Source: Lytechinus pictus (lineage: Eukaryota). Taken from it: DNA of 64,000 bases. Below, piece after piece: positions 52,901 to 64,000 of the stretch (the first letter of the stretch is position 1; each line of letters opens with the position of its first letter). The translations under genes were made by a program, and so were the position numbers. The notes under the pieces were generated by a model. The model was not told the origin of the DNA. It worked only from the letters and a program-made list of their open reading frames with translations, and made no database searches. The DNA lies in contig NC_087245.1 of assembly GCF_037042905.1 (NCBI RefSeq), forward strand, positions 31,560,001 to 31,624,000. The letters are read 5' to 3'.

Positions 52901-55237
52901 GTTTTATGCCCCATGGTGAGTTGCTCATTTGTAGTAAGTGGTTATTTTATCATCTGTTTGAAAAGAAATGAAAAACAAAATTGGAGTACATGTACGGATG
53001 TTGATGATGATGATGATGAGATGATGATGACGATGATGATGACGATGATGATGATGTATCATTGATTATGATGTATGTATGTTTTGATATATTTCAGGTG
53101 CCCACACTGCGAGAAGCTTTCACCAATATGGGATCAACTAGCTGAGAAGTTTGACAGCAGAAAAGACGTTACTATTGCAAAGGTGGATTGTACAAGGGAG
53201 ACGGAAAAGCCTCTTTGTCAAAAACATGATGTAAGAAAATCTCTCTTTAAAATAAAATACACAGATCAGCTTAGGCACCTTGACAAAAGTCAGAACTGCA
53301 TCTCTCCTGCAGGAATCCCACCGGTGATTTTGCATTACCAATCCTCACTTGTCATCATAAAATAATGGGGAATACGGGAAATCCTCCTTGAACGATGCAA
53401 AGGGGCTTTAATAGAGGGATTCCTGCCAAAAAACAGACCTGGCTCATACTTTTTACATGCTGCCTTGTGAAATGTTGTGAGGATAAAGTGCTTTACAGGC
53501 ACTTTTTATAAACTGAAAGGTGCATGCTCCATTATATAATAGGGCCGTCTGCACCAGCCCAAGTTTTCAAATTAGCGTGCTATTTCTGATCCGGCAAATT
53601 ATCCCGATCTGAACAATCTCAAGATTATTTGTAATAGAGACGCAATTATCGTGCTAGTTCATAGGATTAATCTTGAGATTGCAATCCCAAGTCGACTAGG
53701 GATTATTTGCAAAATAGCACGCTATTTTACGAATTATCCCGCTAATTCGCAGGTGCAGACGCACTCCGGATTATTTATTCACAGCGTCAGACCATAATGC
53801 ATCGATGCCTCGCTCGAGCAGGAATCACTCTTCTTGCGATGGTGGAGATGGGGTTTCTTGTATCTCGAGATTGATCGCGAAGAGGGCAGATCGGGCTAAA
53901 ATCTCGAGATTGAGCAAACTCGGGCTGGTGCAGCACCGCCTAATGTAAACACAAAACTTTGATATGTGCATTTCATAATACACGCCTCATCAAGGTTCAT
54001 CATCATCATCAGTGGCTTTTGGGTCATCTACATATTCTTTAGACATACAAAATATCATGGAAGGACCACTGATGAGGATTTAAAAAAAAATTTAGAGATA
54101 TTCATAGGATGATGGATCCCAAACACAAGAATGAGGATTAAAGAGTTTCTCGAGGCTGAAAATAAAATAATTTGAACAGATAAAGACAAATAAGACACTG
54201 AAAATTTCATCAAAATCAGACAAGGAATAAGAAAGTTACATGTATGGCATTTTAACGATTTGCATTATATCGGTGAAAGAGTGCTGTGTTCATGAATATT
54301 CAATGAGCAAAGTGATGATGTCATATCCCCACATGTTCTTCTATATTTTATTACATGAAAATTCTGTTTATTCAAATTTTGTCTTCCAAGAACTAAAAAA
54401 AAATTTGATTGACAACTGATTTAGTGCATTAGATGTAGTGCATTGCTGTAACTTATTTTATTGTAAGGGAGGCATATCATACACTGTGCAGAAATATGAA
54501 ATAACATCAGAGAAAAAGGAAATTGATACCATCAGCGCACCTGATGAATTTTTCAGAAGATATCGCTCAATTTTAGAATTCAAGAACTTCTGTACTTTTC
54601 ATCAGATTTTTATTAAATTTTCAGCATTTTCCTTGATGAATTTTACTCTAGTTATTGAGATATAATTTTTTGTTAGCCTGGAGTACCCCTTTAATTAATA
54701 AAGCTATGTGTGAGATCCCAGCAAAAATGTAGTTTTTAAATGTGGGTTGTAATTACTTTGAGAGAGAAGATTAATTTATGATGCAAAGTCGATTACGCTT
54801 TGGTCGACCAATCTCTCAGAATCAATGCTTATGCACATGTATTTTGAAATACACAAATTGTCATTGAATGTTTTTTTTTCTTTTTATTGGAATGAATGAA
54901 TAATTCTGAATTCCCTTTAATACTAGTAAACCATTGTTGAGTTTTAATAAATGTAAATAGAATCTGTATTTGTTCAATGTAGAATATATATTTGTAAAAG
55001 CATTTATAGACATCTATTTTGATGTATTAAGAACTATGTATAATCAGAATATTATTATTTAGCAATGATCCATTCATTGACCTTTCTTCGCCTGTTTATA
55101 TCTTCCTACAGATCCGAGGATACCCAACGCTCCTTCTATTCAAAGATGGTGAATTCGTTGAGAAACATTCCGGTACCAGGACCCTAGATGCACTAGAAAA
55201 TTACGTCAGAACCAAACTGCCTAAAGAAGAGCTCTAG
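34842..55237 (+). CDS. TXNDC5: Thioredoxin domain-containing protein 5 (ERp46/EndoPDI), three thioredoxin domains, ~400 aa
   Basis: join(34842-34996,44775-44865,45781-45939,48639-48839,49738-49824,50899-51072,52839-52915,53098-53230,55112-55237) = 1203 nt, GT-AG introns, phases consistent. Signal peptide; WCGHC, WCGHC, WCPHC; three AKVDCT...GYPTL motifs; no b-type domain; C-terminal KEEL. Confidence 0.95.
35101..36026. mobile_element. Non-autonomous TIR element (piggyBac-like; TTAA at the left flank)
   Basis: ~44-bp TIR CCACTCCTAGTACCAATGAGGTCCAA(A)CATTACATGTATGGACC at 35101 and inverted at 35984-36026; TTAA at 35097-35100. Confidence 0.7.
35143..36870. repeat. Long near-perfect palindrome (arms 35143-35992 and 36026-36870, 33-bp spacer)
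   Basis: Right arm is the reverse complement of the left arm, with scattered substitutions and a 5-bp indel. Confidence 0.95.
37119..38065 (+). mobile_element. Helentron-associated non-autonomous element (pearl/DINE-1-like) with internal ~163-191 bp tandem repeats
   Basis: T-rich insertion site; subterminal IR GTCTCACCTGCA / TGCAGGTGAGAC; (GGC)n tract; ~5 core repeats containing AAGGTCAAAGGTCA; degenerate relative at ~49190-49560. Confidence 0.75.
39120..41270. repeat. Diverged direct repeat pair (~450 bp): 39120-39590 and 40820-41270; also a ~110-bp tandem pair at 39639 and 39801
   Basis: Shared GAGGACTCTGTGATG, GAGAGGTTTCTTACCAG.CCGATCTCGTGTA, GCGATGTTACAAAATG in the same order. Confidence 0.8.
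42879..43108. mobile_element. Small foldback element built from CCCCGGACATC-type units
   Basis: C-rich left half and G-rich right half; ends AGGATATCTA.CCCCTGG / CCAGGGGGTAGATATCCT. Confidence 0.75.
44775..44865 (+). CDS. TXNDC5: TXNDC5 exon 2
   Basis: [30 protein letters not shown]. Confidence 0.95.
45781..45939 (+). CDS. TXNDC5: TXNDC5 exon 3
   Basis: [23 protein letters not shown]...YKGKRDL. Confidence 0.95.
47222..47795 (-). mobile_element. 5'-truncated CR1/L2-group LINE (3' end)
   Basis: Minus frame [40 protein letters not shown] (typical ORF2 C-terminal WNxLP...FKxxLK), then 3'UTR and (ATCAA)n tail. Confidence 0.8.
48639..48839 (+). CDS. TXNDC5: TXNDC5 exon 4
   Basis: [42 protein letters not shown]. 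Confidence 0.95.
49738..49824 (+). CDS. TXNDC5: TXNDC5 exon 5
   Basis: [35 protein letters not shown]. Confidence 0.95.
49871..50001. mobile_element. MITE; near-identical copy at 51090-51219 and a diverged copy at 51221-51357
   Basis: GGGCCC(T)GTAACACAAAG ... CTTTGTGTTACGGGACCC inverted ends. Confidence 0.85.
50225..50625. repeat. (TCT/TCC)n followed by (AGT)n simple repeats
   Basis: Direct reading. Confidence 0.9.
50690..50770 (+). pseudogene. Decayed partial duplicate of TXNDC5 exon 6 (pseudo-exon)
   Basis: CTAG|GTT GAT TCT TAA AAG GAT GGT CGT GAC CAT...; matches the 5' ~80 nt of exon 6, with TAT>TAA stop at codon 4; no copy of the exon 6 donor. Confidence 0.85.
50899..51072 (+). CDS. 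TXNDC5: TXNDC5 exon 6
   Basis: [20 protein letters not shown]...QPAVESK|GTGAGT. Confidence 0.92.
51501..51764. mobile_element. MITE; relative at ~59922-60206
   Basis: AGGGCCCCGTCT.ACAAAG..TTGATCCAATCA / TGATTGGATCAA..CTTTGTAAGACGGGGGCCCT. Confidence 0.75.
52839..52915 (+). CDS. TXNDC5: TXNDC5 exon 7
   Basis: [32 protein letters not shown]. Confidence 0.93.
53098..53230 (+). CDS. TXNDC5: TXNDC5 exon 8
   Basis: [18 protein letters not shown]...[19 protein letters not shown]. Confidence 0.95.
53541..53941. mobile_element. MITE
   Basis: CTGCACCAGCCCAAGTTT / AAACTCGGGCTGGTGCAG inverted ends. Confidence 0.7.
55112..55237 (+). CDS. TXNDC5: TXNDC5 exon 9 (terminal)
   Basis: [41 protein letters not shown]. 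Confidence 0.95.
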   Translation: MRGYPTLLLFKDGEFVEKHSGTRTLDALENYVRTKLPKEEL

Positions 55238-58200
55238 AAATATTATCAGGTCCTGGGTCTGTTTCATAAAGACTCACAACTATAGAAAATTTGCAATTAT
55301 GACAATTACCTTGATTCTGATTGGCTGCTGAGCCCTGTTACCATGGTAGTTTTCATAGTGGACAAGTTACCATAGTTTTAAGTCCCTATATGAAACGGGC
55401 CTCATATCTCTCTGTGTTTTTTTTTAGTTAACAGTATTATAAAGCACTTGGAGATGAAGTGTCACAAGTGTTTTTTTAATTCAACTTTATTACTAATATA
55501 GTTATCATGGTTTTTTTTTTTTTTTTTTACAGAATGTCTCCTTAAATAAAGCTCAATTAACAAAATTTCAGGTCAGGTCCAGTTTGCGTTAGACAAAAAA
55601 GAATGAAGTAGATAATGGTGCCTTGATTTCCAACTACTTGTATGCTGATGTAGACATTAAAGACAGCTGGAGAGAATTTCAGATATTTCCCATAGGTGCA
55701 ATTTCCCCATCTCAAATAATCTTGAACTTGGATGAATTTTATGCCAATAGTAAGTGAAATTTATTTTACATTCAAATACCATTGAATTGAATGTCAATTT
55801 ATTTGGTAACGTTAATATTCAAAATAAGAACATCAGAATCATTTGCAATCACAAAGATGTACATAATAGTGAGTCACCACCTCTTAAAAAATCAATTTAT
55901 TCTCATGGATGAGGCTCTACGGCAACACACTAAAATATATAATTACAATGAAAGGAAATAAATACACAGTAAGAAATATACAAAAGACTGGGAATTCCAT
56001 CTGATGAGGAATTCCCGAATCAGAACATTTATTTTGCTTTTGTCTTGTATAGATATGGCGTGCAAGTTTGCAACAGAATTTTGGGCATCTTTCCGAGTTC
56101 GTGAAACAAATGTAGAATTTGTTAACTGGACTCAACAAATCAAACTGAAGTGTAATGTAATATTCATGGAACTGTCAAGGACAGATTATACTTTCAGGAA
56201 ACTGGTCCAGCTTTAATTACTCCCACTAGTTTTGTTTGATTTGAAGACAGATATTGCTCCTCCTGTGAAGGGAGCCCTCTTTAATAAGTGCCTTATATAA
56301 GTTACTGTAAGGCTGCCTTTTTTGTTGTACCTCTTTTACGAATGTTTCGGCATTACAAAAATTAGCATTAAGTGCTATATAGATATTGCATTTTTTGTTA
56401 TATGCGAATGGAAAAGCCCCATGTCAAGGTCTAACATTTTTTCTCCTCTTGACTAGTCAACCATGTATGGTGGGTTCGGAGACATGACCAATTTTTTTTT
56501 TTTTACCGGGAGTTAATTTTAGCAATGCTGTATTATTCAATAGGTTTGGCATTTCTTACAACTATTTCAATAAATGAAAATGGTTACACATCAACATGTC
56601 TTTTACTGGGGCGAAAAGTTTGGAGTGTTAAATTCGAATATTGGATTTTGTCATAATGTGATAGTAACAACCTTTATAATGGTTATTCTTATACCAGTGA
56701 AAGCTGGCCTGAATAAGGGGTGACAACTGTCCCATACATTGCAGTACTGATGGAGAAAGAATTCAAACCAATTGCAGTAATATAATTACTAATCAAATTA
56801 TAGTTTCATCTCTATCATTAAAAAGTATTAGCTATCCTGTGTGCCTCATTCATTTATTGTAACCTGTAATTTATTCTGTTACATTCAAATAATTGAATAT
56901 TCATTTTAACAAAAGTCTTTTTTTTTTTACATTTCTTTAAATTCCTTTTTGGATATTTTTTGCATTGTGAGATTAAATGGAAATATTTCATATCCTTATT
57001 TTTTTAGTGTTTGTGAATTTTCAAAATTTAACAATAAATAGAATCATGTTCAAGGTAGGTATTCAGCTTGTAAAGTATATTTGGCATATAGTGCATAGCA
57101 TGAAATGCAGAGAATTTTCATTACAATGGAAATAATATTTCCTATTTTCTTGTTTTTTAGTATATTTTTTTTTGCAAGTAAAGGGGAGTAATAAGGAATT
57201 AATCATTGCCACTCTATGTTTAAAAAAATAATTCATTTTGATGTTCATTATCCATTTTTGGATATTAACCTGGGTCTAGAAAGTTTTCTTCAAAATACAA
57301 TTTGATATAGAGAAAATATTCTGGATTATAATCATTCTGAGCCCTTGTTTTGATGTAATTTCTCTTAATGGTTTTAATACTACTACATGTACATCCTTTT
57401 TAAAGGAAGTGCCATTTCAACCCTAATCCCTATTTTTCACCTTTAAAGGTCAAGATGTCTACCTTCAAAGGTCAAGATATTTACTGAAATTTCCCCATAC
57501 TCTGAAGTCCGTTTTAACTTGCGCCTTGGCTTAACACTGTGCCAAAATTGTGGGAAACCCAAAATTCAAAATTTTGTTTATCCTGCACATTATACATGTT
57601 AACTGTAGTCTTTCCTCTTGATTTGATGGTGAAGAAAGTTAATTTATTTATCATTTCTAGGTATCTATGAATAGTTAAATAGCAATTCCAGACTAAAGTT
57701 TGAATTAAATGCGAGTTCAGAATACGGGCCATAGGCTCTAAATGTTGCCATTGCTAGGTCCAGTCAGATTAGATCATTCTTTTCTTTTTTTGTGAAACCC
57801 TGTGTGATGAAAAACATTCCATTAATTACAAAGTAATGTTCACTATAACTTTGCTCACATTGCAGTGTGTATTGAAAAATGGTAGTAAAAATTTAGAGGA
57901 CTGATATTCAAAAGTGCACTGTAATGTGAAAAAACAGTTATTGATATATTACTAATTGTACCTCTGCTCCAACATCATACATGGCTCAATTTATTGAAAT
58001 GAAAGACAATTGGTGCAAATCCATTTTCCAAGCATTTGCAAGCAAAACTGATGAAACGCTCATTGATGTCTCGGCTGAGTGATTTCTTTTTCATTTTGAA
58101 AAGCCCTTCTAGTCTGCTATGTAAATGAATTGCAAAGCCGAAAGGGTTACTTTTCCTACCTAACCAACTGTAAGGAATCCATTTTCACTCTTTTCACCAA

Positions 58201-58977
58201 TTTTACAAAAATCTGGGGAAAACAAATCTGTACTTGTTGTTTTCCAGATCAATTTGTGTCTTGTGTTGTGTTGGTGATAAGCATAGGAATGTTTCTCTAA
58301 TGTCCAAGAAATACAAATAAATCAGATAAATATATCTTTATCTTCAACCTTTGATATTGTGTTACATTTATTTATTTTGATATGCACTTTATGACATGTT
58401 TTTCAAATGTGTTCTCTCATAACTAGGTTCAAGATGCAAGAGATATAAACTCTTGAACTTAGTAATGTACATACTGTGAGTTTCCCCAGCTAAATGTTCC
58501 ATGTGCCTTCTAACAAAAAAAAACTAACTACATTTTATTTGATTGTTCATGTATACAAGTACATGCTGTAAAAGCCAGATTTATGAGTGTAATATTGATA
58601 TGAATTGTGATGTTAGAAATGGTCACTTTTTGCGTTCATTTGTTGAAGCTCAATTCTACAGTACTGTCCTACATGTACAATAATAAATAGAATATGATTT
58701 GGTATTTTATTTATTTTATGTATTGTGAATGATTCTGTGATGGATGCCATGTTGGGCAAACATAGTTTGCCCTTTCTGAAACATGTAATATATGTACCTA
58801 ATTTTACATAGTACTGAAAAAGGGGAGATTATCATTCAACAACAGGTGATTGGAATTATTAATACCCATGAATAAAATGACATAAAAATGCAATCGGATT
58901 ATCAAATGATTTTGTCTAATATGTGTGTATGAGGTCTCTTGGATTTGATATATTTTTCCTGAAGGATGATTAAAGTG

Positions 58978-59115
58978 GGAGCATCATGATCTAGTGGTTC
59001 AGACTCTCAGCTTTTAATCAGAGGGTCGTGGGTTTGAATCCCAGCCATGATGTTATATCCTTTAGCAAGAAATTTATTGAAATTGTACTGTGCTGCAATC
59101 AACCCAGATGAGGTG
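58978..59115 (+). mobile_element. tRNA-derived SINE (partial)
   Basis: TGATCTAGTGG A-box-like, GGTTTGAATCC B-box-like, AACCCAGATG body motif. Confidence 0.65.
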
Positions 59116-59119
59116 CCAA

Positions 59120-59441
59120 TAATAATCCACTTTTATAAAGCGCTTAATACATTGGAACGACAAAATCGCTTTACAGATATATTATTAACCTGGTCATCGG
59201 ATTCAATCAAGTCATTCACGGACACAATGTATGCACATCCTCCATTCCCTGGGGAGTATTCCAGTGAGGCACAAACAGTACTGGACAAGCTACAATGACT
59301 CACATCCTACCGGGTACCCATTTAGCACCTGGGTCGAGAGTGACAAAGTGTGGATTAACGTCTTGCCAGACCGCGGAAGGATTCGAACACACGACCCTCT
59401 GCTTACAAGGCGAGAGTCAGAACCGCTACACCACGGCTCCT
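59120..59441 (-). mobile_element. tRNA-derived SINE, apparently near full length
   Basis: Minus strand GGAGCCGTGGTGTAGCGG...GTTCGAATCC...CTCGACCCAGGTGCTAAATGGGTACCCGG...AAGCGCTTTATAAAAGTGGATTATTATT tail. Confidence 0.8.
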
Positions 59442-60645
59442 CCACACTGCGTACCTGGCCCGTACCTGGGGGAATTTATTCCTTGAGTGCATGTAACTGC
59501 TCTTCTGATAAAGCCAGGGCAGCCTCTCATGATAGAACTTTATTTTCTTGTGCAATGAGAAATACATGTAAGCTTTGAAATCTTTATACTTCTATAACCT
59601 CTTTGAGCCTGTATATTGCTATTACTGCCTTTAACATGACCCTTGTTCAGAGATAAAAATTGTATAAATCATGCCAGAAGTGATATGTGAATCATGAATA
59701 TAATTGATTTGTCAAACTTTATTTCATGGTTTGTCAATATATTGTACACATGGGAATTCTTTGCAGCTTAATTCATGAATGTGGATTTAGGGCAAATGTG
59801 CAGATTTGTGTTACCATAGAAATCTTGAAAATAAGGAGCAGGTATTACTATGATGCCATATACAAATGTTGATGTTATATCAACGCTCCCCATGTGAAGA
59901 GTGATGAGGAGCTGTCACACCAGACCCTGTCTTAACGAGTTGTGATTGATCTGATCAACCACAACTATGGAAAGCCAACAACCCCAGCATCTAAAATGCA
60001 TATGTCTGTTAAAAATCTTTTCTAAATACAATGTATAAATATTTATGCATGCATCATTGTCTTGTCAATCCAGTGTACTCCTCTTTGCTCAGAAAAGGGA
60101 CATTGTGTAAATTTCCTGTATGAAAATATGGCGACGAATTATTATGATGAATTTTCATAGTTCAAGTTGATCTGATCAACGATGACTGTTTATAAGACAG
60201 GGCCCTAGATATTCTAGCAAGTGTATGTGATGTATGTACATGTATGTATAGCAAGCTGTGTTATTATTTAATCATATTTGCTGATATAAACAAATTCAAT
60301 TCTTCATATCAGTCAATTAACTACTTGACACCAATACATCAAATTCTTGATATCTAGAAATAATTTTGTGTTTTTAACAAATGACAGTTCTTTTTGTCAA
60401 TAATTGAATTATTGATATAAAGACATAGGATTAAATGATAGAACGGCTTGCCGTACCAAGGCGGCATACGCCTGCTAAAACGCTTGGATGTGACAGTCTA
60501 AGCCCGTGATTATAAAAATTGGATGTAGTGATTTGGTATGTAAAGAGATTCCATGGCATTTGTTCTGGCGACAATTGCTCCGCTATAAAGTCCACATACT
60601 ACTCTAATAACTAACTCAAACTGTGGATTTTATATGATACCCTAC

Positions 60646-60705
60646 CAGTGGCGTACCTAGGATTTTCCACAGGGGGGGCAAAATCGGCCGCCCAAAAAAT
60701 TGACA

Positions 60706-60740
<35 letters not shown>

Positions 60741-60887
60741 TCTTCAAGCTCGTCAGGGGGGGGGGGGCATAAAAGGTCTTTCAAGCTCGTCAGGGGGGGC
60801 AGTGATATGTATTTTGTATGGGTTGTGGCTCGTCAGGGGGGGGGGGGGCAGAGTGCCCCCCCTGCCCCCCCCCCCCCCGTAGGTACA
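60646..60887. mobile_element. GC-ended MITE-like element, right end truncated
   Basis: CAGTGGCGTACCTA...GGGGGGC / GCCCCCCC...TAGGTAC. Confidence 0.55.
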
Positions 60888-61116
60888 TAAACCTAAGCCT
60901 AAACCTACATTAAACTATATCGCAATCCTCATCCTAACCATACATCTTAAACGAAATAAAGCCTGGAGCGATCATCGCAGGAGCAAATGTCTAGTCATCA
61001 TGTTATTAAATCATGTAACATTTTACAAGAAAATGGAGATGGAATTGTTATGATAATAATAATACTTATTATCATAATAATAACAACAATAGTAATAATA
61101 ATAATCATGATAATAA

Positions 61117-61147
<31 letters not shown>

Positions 61148-61578
61148 AATGATAATAATAATTGATATTTATGTAGCGCTTTACACAAAACTTTAAAAGC
61201 GCTCATAAAATAATATATTATTTACACTCATTCATTCAAATCGAAACACAGAATATATAATTAAATCTACAAAATGACAAAGAAAACAAATTATAAAAAC
61301 ATAACTATCTTTGCTGTGTCTTGAATTTTACCATGTAAGTCCCAATGTAAGAAACTTAGAAACCCACTCAAATCTGCACAGTGACTGGCTGGAATACTCC
61401 CCAGAGAATGGAGATCGTGCATGCATCGTGTCGTGATAATCTGTAAGATCATCATACGTTTTGAGCACCTTACAGTTTCCCGTGTTGTTAGTACCTGTTT
61501 GTGGTGGTTGCTATGCTCATATTATTTCCTGTCCATCGAGTGAATAGGATGTAGACTGTGGTATCTTGTGAAAGATAA

Positions 61579-63261
61579 CCCAGAAGGAAAAACCAGTAAG
61601 AACAGTAAGAATTTTTACTGGTTTCCAGTAGAATTTTACTGGTTTCCAGTAGAATTTTACTGGTTTCCAGTATATTTTTACTGGGCCAGTTGATTTTTAA
61701 CTGGACCAGTAAACATCAACTGGAGACCAGTTCCAACAATTGCATTCCAGTTGAAGCAATTTGTAATACCGGTTAAATTGTTTTTCATCAAACTGGTGTT
61801 TCTGGTCCAATAAATGGTTTCCAGTAGATTTTTACTGGTTTCCAGTTTATTTTTACTGGGCCAGTTGATTTTTAACTGGACCAGTAAAAATCAACTGGAG
61901 ACCAGTTCCAACAATTGCAATCCAGTTGAAGCAATTAGTAATACCAGTTAAATTGTTTTTCATCAAACTGGTGTTTCTGGTCCAATAAATGGTTTCCAGT
62001 AGATTTTTAGTGGTTTCCAGTGTATTTTTACTGGACCAGTTGATTTTTAACTGGACCAGTAAAAATCAACTGGAGACCAGGGGGCCGTTTCATAAAGCTG
62101 TTCGTAAGATAAGAGCGACTTTAAGAACGACTGGTGATCCTTTATTTTGGTAAATGGTATATTCATTGGCGATGGTCTAGAGCGTAAGAAAGGATCACCA
62201 GTCGTTCTTAAAGTCGCTCTTAACTTACGAACAGCTTTATGAAACACCCACCCGTTCAAACAATTGCATTACAGTTGAAGCAAAGTAATACCAGTTAAAT
62301 TGTTTTTCATCAAACTGGTGTTACTGGTCCAATAAATAATGACTTTATTTCAAGTCAGATCATTTGATGAATTATGGAAAATGAATCTTGCATTTCAGAG
62401 AAAGTTATTATCGTTATCATTGTTATCATAATTCTTCTTATTATTATCATAATTATTATTATTATGATTATTATGATCATTGTTGTTATCATTCTTATTA
62501 CTGTTATCATTGTTATTGATATTGTAATTATTGATATTATCATAATTATCAATTATCAACATTATCATTAAAATAATTATTTTCTTATGATTAACACAAA
62601 AGCAAGATATACTCCTCTGATATAGTCAACTGGTCTAAAGTAATTCATTGTTTGAAATTGAACTGGTCAAGACCAGTAATACCAGTAATTCTGATGATGC
62701 TGATCACGTGGTTTACCTCATTTGCATATTTCCTATTTTAAAAAGAAAAATCAGGATTTAGAAAGGAATATCCTTGCAATGGCACTCATTGTTGTTTAAA
62801 AACTTTCCAAATAATTGTGTGAACTAATTCACAATGAAAATGTGTAATTTCATATATCACATTTAAAATAACAGCAGAAAGATTAATTTACTAACCATCT
62901 TTTCCATCACATTTCACTGACCATGGTATATAACAAACCAAATGCATGTAATAAACTGATCCAGTAAGACCAGTAAGAGGACCAGTTCGAGGACCAGTCA
63001 GACCAGTTGAAAATACCAGTAAAGACCAGCTTGAATTGGATACCAGTATGAAGACCAGTGAGACCACTAACGACCACCAGAAACAAGACCAGTATAAAAT
63101 TCCAGTATTCAAGACCACTTTAATTTTTAACTGGACCAGTAAAATTTTAACTGGACCAGTATGACCAGTTAGACCAGTAAACCGATGTTCCAATTTCCAG
63201 AGTTACCAGTTCAAATTCTACTGGTCTAACTGGTCCAGTGGAACTGGTTTTTCCTTCTGGG
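61579..63261. mobile_element. Non-autonomous CACTA/EnSpm (CMC)-like DNA transposon
   Basis: Perfect 19-bp TIR CCCAGAAGGAAAAACCAGT / ACTGGTTTTTCCTTCTGGG; AA on both flanks (possible 2-bp TSD); dense subterminal ACCAGT/ACTGGT motifs; three ~175-bp internal repeats. Confidence 0.8.
62081..62253. mobile_element. Young Harbinger-like MITE nested in the CACTA-like element
   Basis: ~60-bp near-perfect inverted arms GTTTCATAAAGCTGTTCGTAAG...ACTGGTGATCCTTT; interrupts the third 175-bp repeat after GGAGACCAG. Confidence 0.88.
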
Positions 63262-64000
63262 AAAGCCGTTTCAACACTTATGAAAAATATCAAAAATTCA
63301 AGTGATACTCTTCATCATGCTAGTATAAAACGGTGCAAAATGGATTTTATACCAATGGAATATAGATATATCCCTATCTTAATGATCAAGAATAATTCAA
63401 TTATTGTCTTCTAATTTTGCTATCACTTTAAACATAAATCTAATAGATTTGAATTTAAATCTTTTTAGATTTAAAAGTTAATCTTATATTTAAAATAAAT
63501 TAAAAATTCGGCTTGTCACTATTCACAGCTGATCTGGATTTATTTTAAATCCTTGGAATTTAGAGTGTAGTATATATGTCAATAATAATAAAAATAGGCA
63601 TTTATATAGCGCCATCTATCTAGAATTATCACCCGTATCAGACATCTGAGCTGGTCATTTACAAAACCGTATTTTTCTGTATTTTATTATTATCAGGAAG
63701 CTTAAGGGATAGGTATATTGTTTGTATTTTCCTCGGTCTCAATGCGCGTATTGACTTTGCATGCAGAGACGACGCAAAATATACCTTTGTATTTTCCCTG
63801 GTCTCACATCCGGGCCTATGAGGATGCGAATGAAGTGATGCGCTTCATAATGTTCCGCGCACCAACGATCTACGTCATAATAAAGACAACGCTGGATCTG
63901 GGCGCTTGCAAGTACGTCATAATGGTAAAGTGCAGAGCCTAGACACTGATTATTCTTAAAAGATATCACTGTTATCATGATTTTTGCTCTAGATATCTGA

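Noticed and set aside
29808..55237. Functional coupling of TXNDC5 (disulfide catalyst) with the Cys-tailed ACE
   Set aside because: Adjacency alone is not evidence of co-function in an animal genome

Overview
AT-rich, intron-containing animal genomic DNA. The repeat landscape looks echinoid (sea urchin-like); this is an inference. Three + strand protein-coding loci were reconstructed by hand from splice sites and reading frame. (1) The last coding exon of a probable KIAA0319/KIAA0319L-family gene (3394-3563). (2) A complete single-domain angiotensin-converting enzyme (peptidase M2) gene, 13508-29923, 13 exon positions, about 663 aa. (3) A complete TXNDC5/ERp46 gene, 34842-55237, 9 exons, about 400 aa, ending in KEEL. 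The rest is MITEs, tRNA-derived SINEs, a Helentron-type element, a LINE remnant and simple repeats. Two features of the ACE gene stand out. First, it has no transmembrane anchor and instead ends in a separate phase-1 exon encoding a 38-aa peptide that aligns without gaps to the acetylcholinesterase T-peptide/WAT tetramerisation domain, which suggests a tetrameric, PRAD-anchored ACE. Second, its zinc-binding HEMGH exon is tandemly duplicated; both copies are intact, they cannot be spliced together in frame, and they differ at the Tyr/Phe S2-subsite position that distinguishes the N and C domains of mammalian ACE. Also notable: a CPHC third active site and a dead duplicate exon in TXNDC5, a palindrome with ~850-bp arms in TXNDC5 intron 1, and a template-switch scar in a GATA microsatellite. 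No database searches were run; comparisons with reference proteins are from memory.
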